Below are positions 47,554-57,336 of a stretch of 64,000 nt of DNA, one piece after another. Below the pieces are notes generated by a model that made no database searches, had not been told where the DNA came from, and was given only the letters and a program-made list of their open reading frames with translations. This DNA comes from Candidatus Omnitrophota bacterium (lineage in GTDB: Bacteria; Omnitrophota; Gorgyraeia; Gygaellales; Profunditerraquicolaceae): NCBI GenBank assembly GCA_003598025.1, contig QZKH01000002.1, forward strand, positions 74,133-138,132, given 5' to 3'. Both the position numbers and the translations under genes were made by a program. Each line of letters starts with the position of its first letter. Positions within the stretch are counted from its first letter, which is position 1.

Positions 47554-48570
47554 ATGAAAGAAGCTTATTTGTATGAAGTTATAAGTGGCGGGTATCTGCA
47601 TTGTTATCTTTGTTCACATAATTGTAAAATTAAAGAAGGGAATTCCGGATTTTGCGGCGTCAGGAAGAATATCGCCGGCAAGCTTTATTCTTTAAATTAC
47701 GGAAATCCGATAGCCATGCAGGTTGACCCGGTTGAAAAGAAGCCGCTTTATCATTTCCTCCCCGGTACAGACACCTTTTCTATAGCGACAATAGGATGTA
47801 ATTTCCGCTGTGGATTTTGCCAAAATTGGCAGATCTCACAGGCCCGGCTCGATGATAAAGCCGCAGCCGAGGGTAAGAAATTAATCCTGCCGGAGGCAAT
47901 TGTAAATTCCGCAATAAGAACCCGCTGCCCCAGTATATCTTATACTTATACTGAACCGACAATATTCTTTGAATATGCATATGATATAGCAAAGATTGCC
48001 AAGGAAAATAAGCTCTGTAATATTTTTGTAACGAATGGCTTCATGTCGAAAGATGCAATATTGATGATTAAGCCGTATCTTGATGCTGCTAATGTGGATT
48101 TAAAATTCTTTGATGATGAGATTTATAAAAAAGACTGTTCCGGAAGGCTCAACCCGGTACTGGATAGCATAAGGCTTATGAAGGAGCTGGATATATGGGT
48201 CGAGATAACAACCCTGATAATACCGGGCGAAAATGATTCGGAGGTTCAATTGAGCGGCATCGCCGGATTTATCTCCGGTATAGATAAAGGTATCCCCTGG
48301 CATATATCAAGGTTTTTCCCTAATTATGAGTTCGGTGACAGGCTGCCCACAGAAGAATCTGTTTTAAATAAGGCCAAGGAGATCGGCCTTGATGCCGGAC
48401 TTAAATACATTTATTTAGGAAATCTGCAAACAGGGGATAATAATACTTATTGCCCGGGATGCAAAAAACTATTGGTAGAAAGAACAGGATTTTCTATGCT
48501 TTCAAACCGGATAAAAGTTGATAGGTGCCCCCATTGTAATTCAACTATTCCTGGAAAGTTTGTCCCTTAA
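47554..48570 (+). CDS. Radical SAM enzyme of the AmmeMemoRadiSam / PFL-activase-like type
   Basis: N-terminal CxxCxHxC (CYLCSHNC) + GFCGVR, DPVEKKPLYHF, then a radical-SAM cluster motif in the order GCNFRCGFCQNWQIS. This pattern is characteristic of the AmmeMemoRadiSam-system radical SAM protein. Confidence 0.7.
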   Translation: MKEAYLYEVISGGYLHCYLCSHNCKIKEGNSGFCGVRKNIAGKLYSLNYGNPIAMQVDPVEKKPLYHFLPGTDTFSIATIGCNFRCGFCQNWQISQARLDDKAAAEGKKLILPEAIVNSAIRTRCPSISYTYTEPTIFFEYAYDIAKIAKENKLCNIFVTNGFMSKDAILMIKPYLDAANVDLKFFDDEIYKKDCSGRLNPVLDSIRLMKELDIWVEITTLIIPGENDSEVQLSGIAGFISGIDKGIPWHISRFFPNYEFGDRLPTEESVLNKAKEIGLDAGLKYIYLGNLQTGDNNTYCPGCKKLLVERTGFSMLSNRIKVDRCPHCNSTIPGKFVP

Positions 48571-48574
48571 TAAT

Positions 48575-49135
48575 ATGAAAGTCAGCAAAAATAAACTCAG
48601 TTACACCCGGTCCGGAAAACCAGTAGTTTTATCCGGCAAGGCTTTGTTTAAAGGTAAGCTATTAAATTTACATAAAGCCAGCGTTAATCTGCCGACAGGA
48701 TATGCGGCCGAGCTTGAGATTATAAAACATCCTGGCGCAGCCCTGGTCGTGCCGGTGTTGCCGGGAAATAAGATTGTAATGCTCAGGCAGTTCAGGCCTG
48801 TAATCGGTAAATATATCTATGAATTACCGGCAGGAACATTAGAGAAAGGCGAGAATCCTTTGTCTTGTGCCAGGCGTGAAATAGAAGAGGAAACCGGATA
48901 TCACGCGGATAAATTCAAACGGCTGGGCACTATATTTCCTGTCCCCGGGTATTCTACAGAAAAGATTGAGATATTTAAAGCAACCGGGCTTAAGAAAAGA
49001 AGATTCTCGCCTGAAAGAGATGAAGTAATCTCTGTTTTTGTGGTTACTAAATTACAGATCAGAGAATTATTAAGGAAAGGCAAACTTGTCGATGCAAAAA
49101 CTATTTGCGCGTTTTGTTTGTGCGGATGGATTTAA
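48575..49135 (+). CDS. NUDIX hydrolase (ADP-ribose pyrophosphatase-like)
   Basis: Nudix box GTLEKGENPLSCARREIEEETGY. Start set to 48575; the ORF-track start 48518 overlaps the upstream gene. Confidence 0.8.
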   Translation: MKVSKNKLSYTRSGKPVVLSGKALFKGKLLNLHKASVNLPTGYAAELEIIKHPGAALVVPVLPGNKIVMLRQFRPVIGKYIYELPAGTLEKGENPLSCARREIEEETGYHADKFKRLGTIFPVPGYSTEKIEIFKATGLKKRRFSPERDEVISVFVVTKLQIRELLRKGKLVDAKTICAFCLCGWI

Positions 49136-49205
49136 GTCCTGCGCTTTTTTATTGCAAAGACAAGCAAACCTGGTATATATTAATTGTAACTAACCGAAGA
49201 AAAGC

Positions 49206-49565
49206 ATGAAAAAAGAGTTGATCGTAGTAGGCGACAGGGTTTTAATATTGCCCGATGATAACCAGGATAAGACCGAGACAGGCTTGTATCTTCCTCAAGG
49301 TGTGAGAGAAAAGGAAAAAGTCCAAAGCGGCATTGTTGTCAAAACCGGTCCCGGATACCCTATGCCTGAACCCGGGGCTGTTGATATTGAGCCCTGGCAA
49401 TCTCCTAAGGTGGATAACAGGTATTTTCCACTACAAGCCAAAGAAGGAGACTACTGTATTTTTTTAAGGAGTGCCGGGATAGAGGTTGAGTATGAAGGCA
49501 AAAAGCATATAATCGTTGCTCACTCGGCAATACTGGTTTTACTTAGAAATAACGAAGTATTATAG
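49206..49565 (+). CDS. GroES/Cpn10-family protein with a ~25-aa insertion, with no GroEL partner nearby
   Basis: IVVGDRVLILPDD...KTETGLYLP...GIVVKTGPG...EGDYCIF aligns with GroES (PLHDRVVVK...KTAGGIVLP...GEVVAVGPG...VGDKVLF). Extra segment YPMPEPGAVDIEPWQSPKVDNRYFP. Confidence 0.45.
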   Translation: MKKELIVVGDRVLILPDDNQDKTETGLYLPQGVREKEKVQSGIVVKTGPGYPMPEPGAVDIEPWQSPKVDNRYFPLQAKEGDYCIFLRSAGIEVEYEGKKHIIVAHSAILVLLRNNEVL

Positions 49566-49595
49566 AGATTTTTTATGCGTTTAGAGGAATAAAAA

Positions 49596-50867
49596 ATGGA
49601 TCCAAGATTAATTTCAATAACGGTTTTCATTCTAGCGTATCTATTTTTCGTATTATTACCTAACAAAAGGTCGTTGACTGCGGCTGTAGGGGCTTCTTTG
49701 CTTATTTTAACCGGAGTAATCCCTTTAAATAAGGTAATTACTTCAATAAACTGGAATGTCATGGGTATCTTTGTCGGCATGCTTTTTGTAGCAGACATAT
49801 TCATGAAAAGCAGGGTACCGGCTTTTATCGCAGAGGTTTTTGTGAATAATTCCAAGAACACGGCCTGGGCTATATTGTTTATATGTGCGCTGGCTGGTTT
49901 TATTTCCGCATTCGTAGAGAACGTTGCTACGGTCCTGATAATTGCTCCGATTGCGCTATCTTTAGCGAGAAAATTAAAAATAAGCCCTGTAAACATGATG
50001 ATTGCTATAGCTGTCTCTAGCAACCTGCAGGGCACAGCTACACTTATAGGAGATCCTCCCAGTATGTTGCTGGCCGGTTTTGCGAAGATGAACTTTATGG
50101 ACTTCATAATCTATAAAGGCAAGCCAGGTATATTTTTTGCTGTAGAATTAGGAGGCATACTCTCTTTTATAGTACTGTATATGTTCTTCAGAAAACATAA
50201 GGAGAGAGTGAAGTTAGTTTCTGTAGAAAAAATAAATTCCTGGATCCCTACAATTATGCTGGTAATTTTAATAATGGCTCTTGCAATATCTTCTTTCTGG
50301 GATACCGGGTTTTCTTATCTTGCCGGTATAATCTGTATGATATTCGGCATTCTTTCTCTTATCTGGGATAAGTTTGTTAACAAAGCCGCTCTATTTCAAT
50401 CAATAAAAAGCGTGGATTGGGATACTACAATTTTTTTAATAGGGATTTTTATTATAATCGGCAGCCTTACATTGACCGGCTGGATCGATACCATATCAAC
50501 ATCATTGTCTTCAATAGTAGGGGATAGGCTTTTCTTTGGGTATACCATTATAGTAGTTTTTTCCGTTATAATCTCCGGTTTTGTCGATAATGTTCCTTTT
50601 CTGGCTACAATGCTGCCTGTAGCTATATCTATGTCCAGTAAACTTAACATAGACCCGTCATTATTTCTCTTCGGCCTGCTTATAGGCGCTAGCTTAGGCG
50701 GAAACATTACCCCGATCGGGGCATCCGCTAATATCGTAGCATGCGGGCTTCTTAAGAAGGAAGGTTATAAAGTGACCTTCGGGGATTTCATGAAAATAGG
50801 CCTGCCTTTTACTATAGCTGCGGTTTTCGCCGGGTACCTATTCATCTGGTTTGTTTGGGGGAAGTAA
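49596..50867 (+). CDS. ArsB/NhaD-superfamily ion permease (paralog 2)
   Basis: Same architecture and C-terminal GASLGGNITPIGASANIVACGLL motif as the 38326-39702 gene. Confidence 0.55.
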   Translation: MDPRLISITVFILAYLFFVLLPNKRSLTAAVGASLLILTGVIPLNKVITSINWNVMGIFVGMLFVADIFMKSRVPAFIAEVFVNNSKNTAWAILFICALAGFISAFVENVATVLIIAPIALSLARKLKISPVNMMIAIAVSSNLQGTATLIGDPPSMLLAGFAKMNFMDFIIYKGKPGIFFAVELGGILSFIVLYMFFRKHKERVKLVSVEKINSWIPTIMLVILIMALAISSFWDTGFSYLAGIICMIFGILSLIWDKFVNKAALFQSIKSVDWDTTIFLIGIFIIIGSLTLTGWIDTISTSLSSIVGDRLFFGYTIIVVFSVIISGFVDNVPFLATMLPVAISMSSKLNIDPSLFLFGLLIGASLGGNITPIGASANIVACGLLKKEGYKVTFGDFMKIGLPFTIAAVFAGYLFIWFVWGK

Positions 50868-50928
50868 AGATTTTTCTTGACATAGGGTAGGGGGGTATGG
50901 TATATTTGTACAAGGAAGGAGGTACCCT

Positions 50929-51213
50929 ATGAAACAGATCACCACTCATGAAGAACAACTCGCCTTTTTAAGGAAGATCGAAGGCCAGATACGCGGTATA
51001 CAGAAGATGATCCAGGATAAGAGGTACTGCGTAGATATAATCACTCAAATCCATTCTATCATTGGCGCGCTATACAGGGTGGAGGATGAAATATTAAGAA
51101 AACACCTTGATGGCTGCGTTGTCAGCGCTCTTAAAGGCAAATCAGATTCAGACAAACAAAAGAAAATAGAAGAGATCATGTCATTGATAACTAAATTCAG
51201 GCGGAGCCCCTGA
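50929..51213 (+). CDS. csoR: CsoR/RcnR-family metal-sensing transcriptional repressor
   Basis: LRKIEGQIRGIQKMIQDKRYCVDIITQIHSIIGAL...HLDGCV matches the CsoR LKRIEGQVRGI...C-H-C signature. RBS GGAGG. Confidence 0.8.
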   Translation: MKQITTHEEQLAFLRKIEGQIRGIQKMIQDKRYCVDIITQIHSIIGALYRVEDEILRKHLDGCVVSALKGKSDSDKQKKIEEIMSLITKFRRSP

Positions 51214-51217
51214 TATT

Positions 51218-52477
51218 ATGTTGAAGAAGTTATTGATTATAATATTGCTTAGCATATTTATTCTTAACCATCCGGTTTTTGCACAGGGGATATTGTCCCT
51301 GGGGCCGCTTATCGAAGAAGCAAGGGAGAATAACCCTGGTATTCTGGCTGCCAAAAAGCGCTGGGAGGCTGCTTTGGCCCGGGTGCCTCAGGCAAAGTCT
51401 TTACAGGACCCGACTATTGGTATAGCTTTTGAGAAGATTCCGCGCGGAACGTTGAAGTTGAACAAAGTCATGGCAGATGACAGGATGCTTTCACTGCAGC
51501 AATTCTTCCCTTTTTTCGGTAAATTAACTTTGAAAGGCAAGATTGCCATGGTTGAATCTCAGATGTTTGCTGCCGAATATAAGAATAAGGAATTAGAAAT
51601 CATAAACCTTCTCAAAAATGCATATTACGATCTATTCATGAAGCAAAAAGAAATAGAATTAAGCCGCCAGAGCCTCAGGTTATTGCAAAATATCGCCAAT
51701 GTCGCCGAGGCAGGTTATACGGTTGGAGGCATCCCTCAAGAAGAGGTGTATAAAATAAATTCTGAAATAGCCCGTCTTAGTACCAATATTAAAAATTTAG
51801 ACCAGGAAAAATCTGCCAAACAGACATTAATTAATTCCCTTTTAAATAGAGACCCTGAAATGCCATTAGGAGACCCTGATTTAAAAGAAGATGTCTTATT
51901 TGATAAGGATGTCAGGGCTTTATACCAGGCTACTCTTCTTAACCAGCCAGAGCTGGTTATCTTTTCTTATTCTATAGAGAAAAACAAATATTCTAAATCA
52001 TTAGCCAAAAGAAGTTTTTTCCCTGATTTTATGGCAAGTATTGTCCAGCGGGGGATCACTTCCGGGATGCTCGGGCCGTGGGATTTGATGCTGGCTTTTA
52101 ATGTGCCACTATGGTTTTGGACGAAACAGCGTTATGAGATTAAGGAGGCCATTGCCAATTTAGAAGAGGCAGAAGCCGCATATAAGGCAATGCAGAATAA
52201 GGCATTCAGCGAAGTAAAAGACCTGGCTGCGAAGATAGAGGTCTCCAAGAACAAAATCACATTGAATAAAACAAGCTTGATCCCGATGCTGGAAGCCTCC
52301 ATTGAATCTTCGCTGGCGGCTTTTAATTCAGGCAAAGGTGATTTTATGATGCTTTTGGATAGCCAGAGAATGCTTATTGAAACAAAAATGGACTATTATA
52401 GAGCGCTGGTTGAATATAATATGAATCTAGCGGACTTAGAAAGAACTGTAGGCATTCAGCTACAAGAGGAGAAATAA
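51218..52477 (+). CDS. cusC: Outer membrane efflux protein (TolC/CusC-like) of a heavy-metal RND system
   Basis: Signal peptide. Two OEP repeats with coiled-coil helices. Terminal ...DLERTVGIQ. Upstream of the MFP and RND genes. Confidence 0.7.
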   Translation: MLKKLLIIILLSIFILNHPVFAQGILSLGPLIEEARENNPGILAAKKRWEAALARVPQAKSLQDPTIGIAFEKIPRGTLKLNKVMADDRMLSLQQFFPFFGKLTLKGKIAMVESQMFAAEYKNKELEIINLLKNAYYDLFMKQKEIELSRQSLRLLQNIANVAEAGYTVGGIPQEEVYKINSEIARLSTNIKNLDQEKSAKQTLINSLLNRDPEMPLGDPDLKEDVLFDKDVRALYQATLLNQPELVIFSYSIEKNKYSKSLAKRSFFPDFMASIVQRGITSGMLGPWDLMLAFNVPLWFWTKQRYEIKEAIANLEEAEAAYKAMQNKAFSEVKDLAAKIEVSKNKITLNKTSLIPMLEASIESSLAAFNSGKGDFMMLLDSQRMLIETKMDYYRALVEYNMNLADLERTVGIQLQEEK

Positions 52478-52478
52478 A

Positions 52479-53663
52479 ATGAATAGAAAGATGCTAGTTA
52501 TTATTTTATCGTTGATTTTTGTTACTGCATACCAGATAGGTTCCCCGGCTTATTCTTTTGCCCAGCACCAAGGCCATACCGACGGAACTTCTTCTAAAAA
52601 AGGCAAGGGTCAGGAACCAGCGCCTATGAAAATATATCGCTGCCCGATGCATCCTCAAGTTGTATCTGATAAGCCTGGTAAATGCCCTATCTGCGGTATG
52701 GTTTTATCTGAGGTTATTGAAAGCGATACAAAAGCCGTAGAAACATCCGGAGAAGGCCCGGTCATTAAAATAAAGGAAAGCCAGGCTGAGCTTATTGGTG
52801 TTGTGACAGAACCTATTGTATCGGTTGGTTTGATGCGCATGATACCTGCGGTTGCCAAAATCGCTTTTGACCCGGAACTCTATCAGGCCCAGGCAGAATT
52901 TATACAGGCCAATAAGACTAAAGATGCCGTAAGCCTGAGTAGCTCTTCCGAAATCAGAGATAGGCTAGAAGCCCTGGTGCTTGCCGCTACTTCCAAGCTT
53001 AAGCTCATGGGTTTATCAGATTCGCAAATTGAAGAACTAAGAAATGAAGAAGAGCCCGATAGTGTTCTTTTGATGTCAAAAGGCCAGAGCTCTTATACTT
53101 GGGCATACTTGACTATTTATGAGCATGATTTAGGTTCAGTAAAACAAGGGGATCATGTTGTATTGAAAGCAATTGCTTATCCGGCAGAAGAGTTTAATGG
53201 CAAGATAGTCGCAATTGATCCTGTCTTAGATACGAATACGCGAAGCGTTCGTGCCCGTGTGCAGGTGGATAATCCGGAAGCAAAACTGAAACCCAATATG
53301 TATGCCGATGCTTTTATCCATGTTGACTTAGGCCAGAGGCTTGCTGTTCCAAGGGAAGCGGTATTGGATACAGGCGTAAGAAAAATTGTGTATGTTGAAT
53401 TAGGCAAAGGGCAATTCAGGCCTCAAGAGGTACAGACAGAGTCAGAAGCAATTGCATTAATTGACGGTAAAGAACGTAAATTTTATCCGGTGTTGTCCGG
53501 GCTTAATGAGAATGATATTGTGGTGACAACCGGAAATTTCTTGATTGACTCGCAAAGCCAGCTTACCGGAGGAATGTCTGCCTTGTGGGGAGCATCAACA
53601 GAGATAAAGCAGGATCAGGTTGAGGGTGTTGCAGGAGAGGTAAAAACGCAACATCGCCATTGA
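52479..53663 (+). CDS. cusB: Heavy-metal efflux RND periplasmic adaptor (CusB-like) with an N-terminal CxxC metal-binding domain
   Basis: YRCPMHPQVVSDKPGKCPICGMVL heavy-metal-binding motif, followed by an MFP beta-barrel/lipoyl region (KPNMYADAFIHV). Confidence 0.8.
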   Translation: MNRKMLVIILSLIFVTAYQIGSPAYSFAQHQGHTDGTSSKKGKGQEPAPMKIYRCPMHPQVVSDKPGKCPICGMVLSEVIESDTKAVETSGEGPVIKIKESQAELIGVVTEPIVSVGLMRMIPAVAKIAFDPELYQAQAEFIQANKTKDAVSLSSSSEIRDRLEALVLAATSKLKLMGLSDSQIEELRNEEEPDSVLLMSKGQSSYTWAYLTIYEHDLGSVKQGDHVVLKAIAYPAEEFNGKIVAIDPVLDTNTRSVRARVQVDNPEAKLKPNMYADAFIHVDLGQRLAVPREAVLDTGVRKIVYVELGKGQFRPQEVQTESEAIALIDGKERKFYPVLSGLNENDIVVTTGNFLIDSQSQLTGGMSALWGASTEIKQDQVEGVAGEVKTQHRH

Positions 53664-53673
53664 AAGGCAAGAT

Positions 53674-56600
53674 ATGATAAATAAAATAATAAATTATTGT
53701 TTAAAGACCCCGTTTGTGGTTTTTGTTGCCTATTCGGCAGTGTTTTTTTGGGGTTTATGGGCAATTACTAATATACCGGTTGATGCGATACCGGATATCG
53801 GCGAGAAACAGGTAATAATATATACCGAATGGCCCGGCCGTTCTGCAAAAGATGTAGAAGATCAGGTTACGTATCCGCTTTCCGTATCCCTACGCGGTAT
53901 CCCCGGAGTAAAGACCATACGCGCATCAAGCGCTTTTGGCTTTTCTGAAGTATACCTTATTTTTAATGACAATATAGATTACTATTGGGCCCGCTCCCGA
54001 GTTTTAGAGAAATTAAATCTTGCCTCCAGCCGCCTGCCAATGGGCGTTATGCCTGTTTTAGGTCCTGATGCCACAGGTTTGGGGCAGATTTTCTGGTATA
54101 CCGTTGAGGGTAAAGGCTACGGTATTGACCAGTTGAGGAGCATTCAGGATTGGTTTATCCGCTATCAGCTTAATTCAGTTCAGGGTGTATCTGAAGTTGC
54201 TTCTATCGGAGGGTTCGTTAAGCAGTACCAGATCGATATCGACCCTAACAAGATGCTGGCTTACAACATTCATTTAGGCCAGATAATGGAAGCGGTTAAA
54301 AAATCGAATATAGATGTAGGAGCTAAGGTCGTTGAAAATAATGCTATGGAATATATTATCCGCGGTTTAGGGTTTATAAAATCCCTGGAGGACATCGAGA
54401 ACATTGCGGTAGGCGAAATAAATGGCGTGCCTATTTATATCAAGAATATTGCCAATGTTCAGCTTGGGCCTGAATTCCGAAGAGGAGCGCTGGATAAAGA
54501 TGGCCAAGAGGCAGTCGGTGGCGTGGTCATTATGCGTTACGGGGAAAACGCAATGCAGGTTATCCATCGTGTAAAAGAAGCCATAAAGGAACTGCAGAAA
54601 GGTTTACCCGAAGGAGTAAAAATAGTTCCCTTTTACGACCGGACAGACCTGATCCATCGCACTATAGGGACTCTTCGCGAAGCCCTCATCTTGGAAATTA
54701 TTATTACCATGGCAGTAGTCGTGCCGTTCCTGGCTCATATCTGGGCAGGCGTAATCATTAGCATTACTTTGCCGTTCTCGGTTTTGATAGCATTTATTGC
54801 GATGTACTATTTAAAAGTAGATTCTAATATTACATCTTTATCCGGTATTGCGATTGCGATAGGAACACTGGTAGATATGGGTATTGTTATGACCGAAAAT
54901 ATTTACCGGCGTTTAATCGAATATAGCGATGATATTAAGAAAGGGGTAAAGTCCAGGCTGGATGTAGTATTTAAGGCATCTTCAGAGGTAGGTTCTGCGG
55001 TTATCACGGCAATACTTACTACGGTAGTATCATTCCTTGCTGTATTTGCACTCGAAGCCCAGGAAGGAAAACTCTTTAAACCACTTGCATATACTAAGAC
55101 TTTTACCCTTTTGGCCTCTGTTACAGTTGCACTTACCTTGACTCCGGTCCTTTGCATGTATCTTCTAAAAGGAAGATTGCGGGCCCCGGAGGAAAACATA
55201 TTGGTGAAGATACTACAGAGGAACTATGAGAAAGTCTTGCGTTGGTGTTTGAATCACAGGGTTACTTTCTTACTCATACCGGCAGTTTTACTTATAACCA
55301 GCATACCTTTTATATTGCCAAAAGATATTACTTCTTTGGCTGTTTTCCTGCTTATTGTTGTAGCGTTACTGGTATTTATTCTGCCTAAGAAGACAAAATC
55401 AGTAATCGCCTCTGTTTTAGTCGTGGTTATAAGCCTGGGCTGGTTCTGGTTTTCACCTCGCATAGGGCGTGAGTTCATGCCTCCATTTGATGAGGGTTCG
55501 ATCCTGTTCATGCCGGTAATGCATCCTTCAGTATCCTTGACCGAAGCAATCCGCGTAATCCAGATACAGGACAAGATAATAAAATCATTCCCGGAGGTAG
55601 AATTGGTAGTAGGCAAGGTCGGCCGGGCAGAATCTGCGACTGACCCTGCTCCGGTTGAAATGTTTGAGACCATAATTACTCTAAAGCCGAAAAAAGATTG
55701 GCGTAAGGGTATGACAAAGGAAAAACTTATCCGCCAGATGGATGCTGCCTTACAAATCCCCGGGGTATCGAATATCTGGACACAGCCTATTGTTAACCGT
55801 ATTGATATGTTAGCTACGGGTATCAGGACCTCTGTAGGTGTAAAGGTTTTTGGGCCTGACCTCAAAAAAATTGAGGAGATTGCAACAGAGATAGAGAAAG
55901 TCCTCAGGGCTGTACCTGGAGCCGTAGATTTATATTCAGAAAAGATTGTAGGTAAGCCCTATATAGAGTTTAAAATCAAAAGAGAGCAATTAGCCCGTTA
56001 TGGCATATCCATACGCGAAGTTCAGGATGTTATAGAGATGGCCATAGGCGGTGAAAATCTCACTACTACTGTTGAAGGTAGGGAGCGTTACCCTGTTCGC
56101 GTACGCTATGCCAGGGAGCTGAGAGATAATATAGATGCCTTAAGAAGGGTCCTGGTATCAACAAAAGATGGTGCTCAAATCCCGATCAGCCAGCTGGTTG
56201 ATATATATTTTGTTACCGGTCCGGCAATGATTAATTCGGAGAACGGGCTTTTGCGCGCCTATGTCTTGATGAATGTCCGCGGCAAAGATATGGTTACATT
56301 TGTCGAAGATGCGTCTAAAATCGTATCTGAAAAAGTAAAATTGCCTGCAGGGTATTTTATTCAATGGTCAGGCCAATTTGAAAATCAAGTCCGGGCCAAG
56401 AAAAAGATAGCCGTGCTTTTACCGGTCAGCCTGTTAATAAACTTTATGCTGATTTATATGAATTTCCGTTCCATAATAAAGTCGGTATTTATTTTTACGG
56501 CTGTTCCTGTGACATTGGCCGGTGGGATATGGCTTTTGGCATTTTCAGGATTTAATTTTTCAGTTGCTGTATGGGTAGGTTTTATCGCACTATTCGGGAT

Positions 56601-56940
56601 CGCTGTTGACGATGGAGTATTGATTACAACGTATCTTGACGACGTATTTGGAGAGAGGAAAGATAAGATAAAAAACAGGCAGGACGTTGTTGAGGCGACT
56701 GTCCATGCAGGTTTAGGTAGGATCAGGCCGGCGTTTCTCACAACTATGACTACTATTGTTGCGCTTCTACCGATTATGTTCTTAAAAGGAACAGGCGCGG
56801 AAGTTATGCAGCCCATGGCTATACCTTCCATAGGCGGGATGGTTTTTGAGATGGTTACCTGGTTTATAGTTCCGGTTTTATATTCATGGCGCGAAGAAAG
56901 AAAGATAGCGAAAGCAAAACCTTTACTATCTAAACCTTAA
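53674..56940 (+). CDS. cusA: Heavy-metal efflux RND pump, CusA/CzcA (HME) family
   Basis: 1088 aa. AcrB/CzcA-type 12-TM architecture (DAIPDIGEKQVIIYTEWPGRSAKDVEDQVTYPL). Methionine-containing transmembrane segments. Confidence 0.9.
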   Translation: MINKIINYCLKTPFVVFVAYSAVFFWGLWAITNIPVDAIPDIGEKQVIIYTEWPGRSAKDVEDQVTYPLSVSLRGIPGVKTIRASSAFGFSEVYLIFNDNIDYYWARSRVLEKLNLASSRLPMGVMPVLGPDATGLGQIFWYTVEGKGYGIDQLRSIQDWFIRYQLNSVQGVSEVASIGGFVKQYQIDIDPNKMLAYNIHLGQIMEAVKKSNIDVGAKVVENNAMEYIIRGLGFIKSLEDIENIAVGEINGVPIYIKNIANVQLGPEFRRGALDKDGQEAVGGVVIMRYGENAMQVIHRVKEAIKELQKGLPEGVKIVPFYDRTDLIHRTIGTLREALILEIIITMAVVVPFLAHIWAGVIISITLPFSVLIAFIAMYYLKVDSNITSLSGIAIAIGTLVDMGIVMTENIYRRLIEYSDDIKKGVKSRLDVVFKASSEVGSAVITAILTTVVSFLAVFALEAQEGKLFKPLAYTKTFTLLASVTVALTLTPVLCMYLLKGRLRAPEENILVKILQRNYEKVLRWCLNHRVTFLLIPAVLLITSIPFILPKDITSLAVFLLIVVALLVFILPKKTKSVIASVLVVVISLGWFWFSPRIGREFMPPFDEGSILFMPVMHPSVSLTEAIRVIQIQDKIIKSFPEVELVVGKVGRAESATDPAPVEMFETIITLKPKKDWRKGMTKEKLIRQMDAALQIPGVSNIWTQPIVNRIDMLATGIRTSVGVKVFGPDLKKIEEIATEIEKVLRAVPGAVDLYSEKIVGKPYIEFKIKREQLARYGISIREVQDVIEMAIGGENLTTTVEGRERYPVRVRYARELRDNIDALRRVLVSTKDGAQIPISQLVDIYFVTGPAMINSENGLLRAYVLMNVRGKDMVTFVEDASKIVSEKVKLPAGYFIQWSGQFENQVRAKKKIAVLLPVSLLINFMLIYMNFRSIIKSVFIFTAVPVTLAGGIWLLAFSGFNFSVAVWVGFIALFGIAVDDGVLITTYLDDVFGERKDKIKNRQDVVEATVHAGLGRIRPAFLTTMTTIVALLPIMFLKGTGAEVMQPMAIPSIGGMVFEMVTWFIVPVLYSWREERKIAKAKPLLSKP

Positions 56941-56952
56941 AAAGGAGGTAAG

Positions 56953-57324
56953 ATGTATATGGCAAGGATTTATTTTCTAAGTTTAGCTGTAGTTTTTGCA
57001 TCGGTTTCTTTGGTATTTGCACAAATGCACGAGCACGCAGATATGCATAAGAATATGATGGAGCAAGCAGAACAAAGTAAGGCCGAGAATGTGGGAAATA
57101 AGATTTGCCCTGTAAGCGGGGAGAAGATAATTGAAGAATTCAAAGCAACATATGAATACAAGGGTAAGATTTACAATTTTTGTTGCGCTTCTTGCGTTGA
57201 AGAATTCAAAAAAGACCCGGAAAAATATATTAAAAAGATAGAGGAAGAGGAAAAAGCAGCTCTCAAAGAAGAGAACAAAGTTACAAAGCCGGATTCAGAC
57301 ACCCATAAGGGACACCAACACTAA
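56953..57324 (+). CDS. Secreted YHS-domain metal-binding protein with a His/Met-rich N-terminal motif
   Basis: Signal peptide, MHEHADMHKNMM stretch, then the YHS domain ICPVSGEKI...KGKIYNFCCASCVEEFKKDPEKY. Confidence 0.7.
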   Translation: MYMARIYFLSLAVVFASVSLVFAQMHEHADMHKNMMEQAEQSKAENVGNKICPVSGEKIIEEFKATYEYKGKIYNFCCASCVEEFKKDPEKYIKKIEEEEKAALKEENKVTKPDSDTHKGHQH

Positions 57325-57336
57325 AAACACAGTTAT

